From a virus (lineage: Duplodnaviria > Caudoviricetes), in the IMG/VR virus record IMGVR_UViG_3300020440_001305, positions 1 through 24,743 of that record: a stretch of DNA of 24,743 nucleotides; one strand, written 5' to 3'. Positions 24,681 through 24,743 of the stretch are shown here, in pieces (position 1 is the first letter of the stretch; every line of letters starts with the position of its first letter). The position numbers were made by a program, and so were the translations under genes. The notes beneath the pieces were generated by a model, which saw only the letters and a list, made by a program, of their open reading frames with translations, was not told the origin of the DNA and made no database searches.

Positions 24681-24715
24681 TAAATACTATAGGATTGCTT
24701 AAGGAGGATCCTGTA
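24681..24715 (+). promoter_or_regulatory. Late promoter core TAAATA followed by an SD-sequestering hairpin (ROSE-like)
   Basis: TAAATA 24681-24686; UAUAGGAUUGCUU-AAG-GAGGAUCCUGUA (24688-24715) pairs UUGCU with AGGA, leaving a bulged G. Confidence 0.55.
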
Positions 24716-24719
24716 AAAT

Positions 24720-24743
24720 ATGGACTATTATTCAACACTAGGC
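24720..24743 (+). CDS. 5' end of a probable DnaJ (J-domain) protein, truncated by the window
   Basis: MDYYSTLG matches the DYYxxLGV start of J-domains; AAGGAGG upstream. Only 8 codons visible. Confidence 0.6.

Noticed and set aside
23460-24738. Minus-strand ORFs over the spanin and holin-like genes
   Set aside because: Antisense to well-supported lysis-region genes, with no recognisable features.
1-24743. Stop-codon reassignment as seen in some large phages
   Set aside because: TAA, TAG and TGA all end genes at sensible boundaries, and coding density is high with the standard code.
1-24743. CRISPR array, tRNA, rRNA, IS element, intron or intein
   Set aside because: No regular repeat-spacer units, cloverleaf, transposase or splicing motifs seen; intergenic gaps are short.

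Overview
AT-rich, densely coding segment of a large T4-like (probably jumbo) myophage, likely aquatic. An alphaproteobacterial host is inferred only from the style of its ferredoxin, IscA and ACP. Left to right: (i) a small late cluster with Fe/Mn superoxide dismutase, an AT-hook microprotein, a membrane microprotein, IscA and a Zn-ribbon protein; (ii) about 12.6 kb of baseplate/tail-fibre genes, four sharing a T4 gp9/gp10-type N-terminal motif; (iii) a stand-alone DnaE (Pol III alpha) fragment and GroES; (iv) a sigma70-driven block with MazG, cupin, compact HemC, TagD-like cytidylyltransferase, RFC-type clamp loader, 7Fe ferredoxin and dCMP deaminase; (v) phoH on the minus strand; (vi) a lysis region (GH108 endolysin, two spanins, holin-like protein) with a Zn-finger microprotein and an acyl carrier protein lacking its phosphopantetheine serine inserted in it; (vii) the start of a probable DnaJ-domain gene. 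T4-type TAAATA late-promoter cores mark most intergenic gaps, and there are two perfect TTGACA-17-TATAAT promoters. Top leads: the Ser-to-Glu ACP in the lysis cassette, the DnaE piece ending just before its catalytic aspartates, a switch-like RNA leader on phoH, and a ROSE-like hairpin over the DnaJ ribosome-binding site. All calls come from motif recognition by eye; no searches were run.
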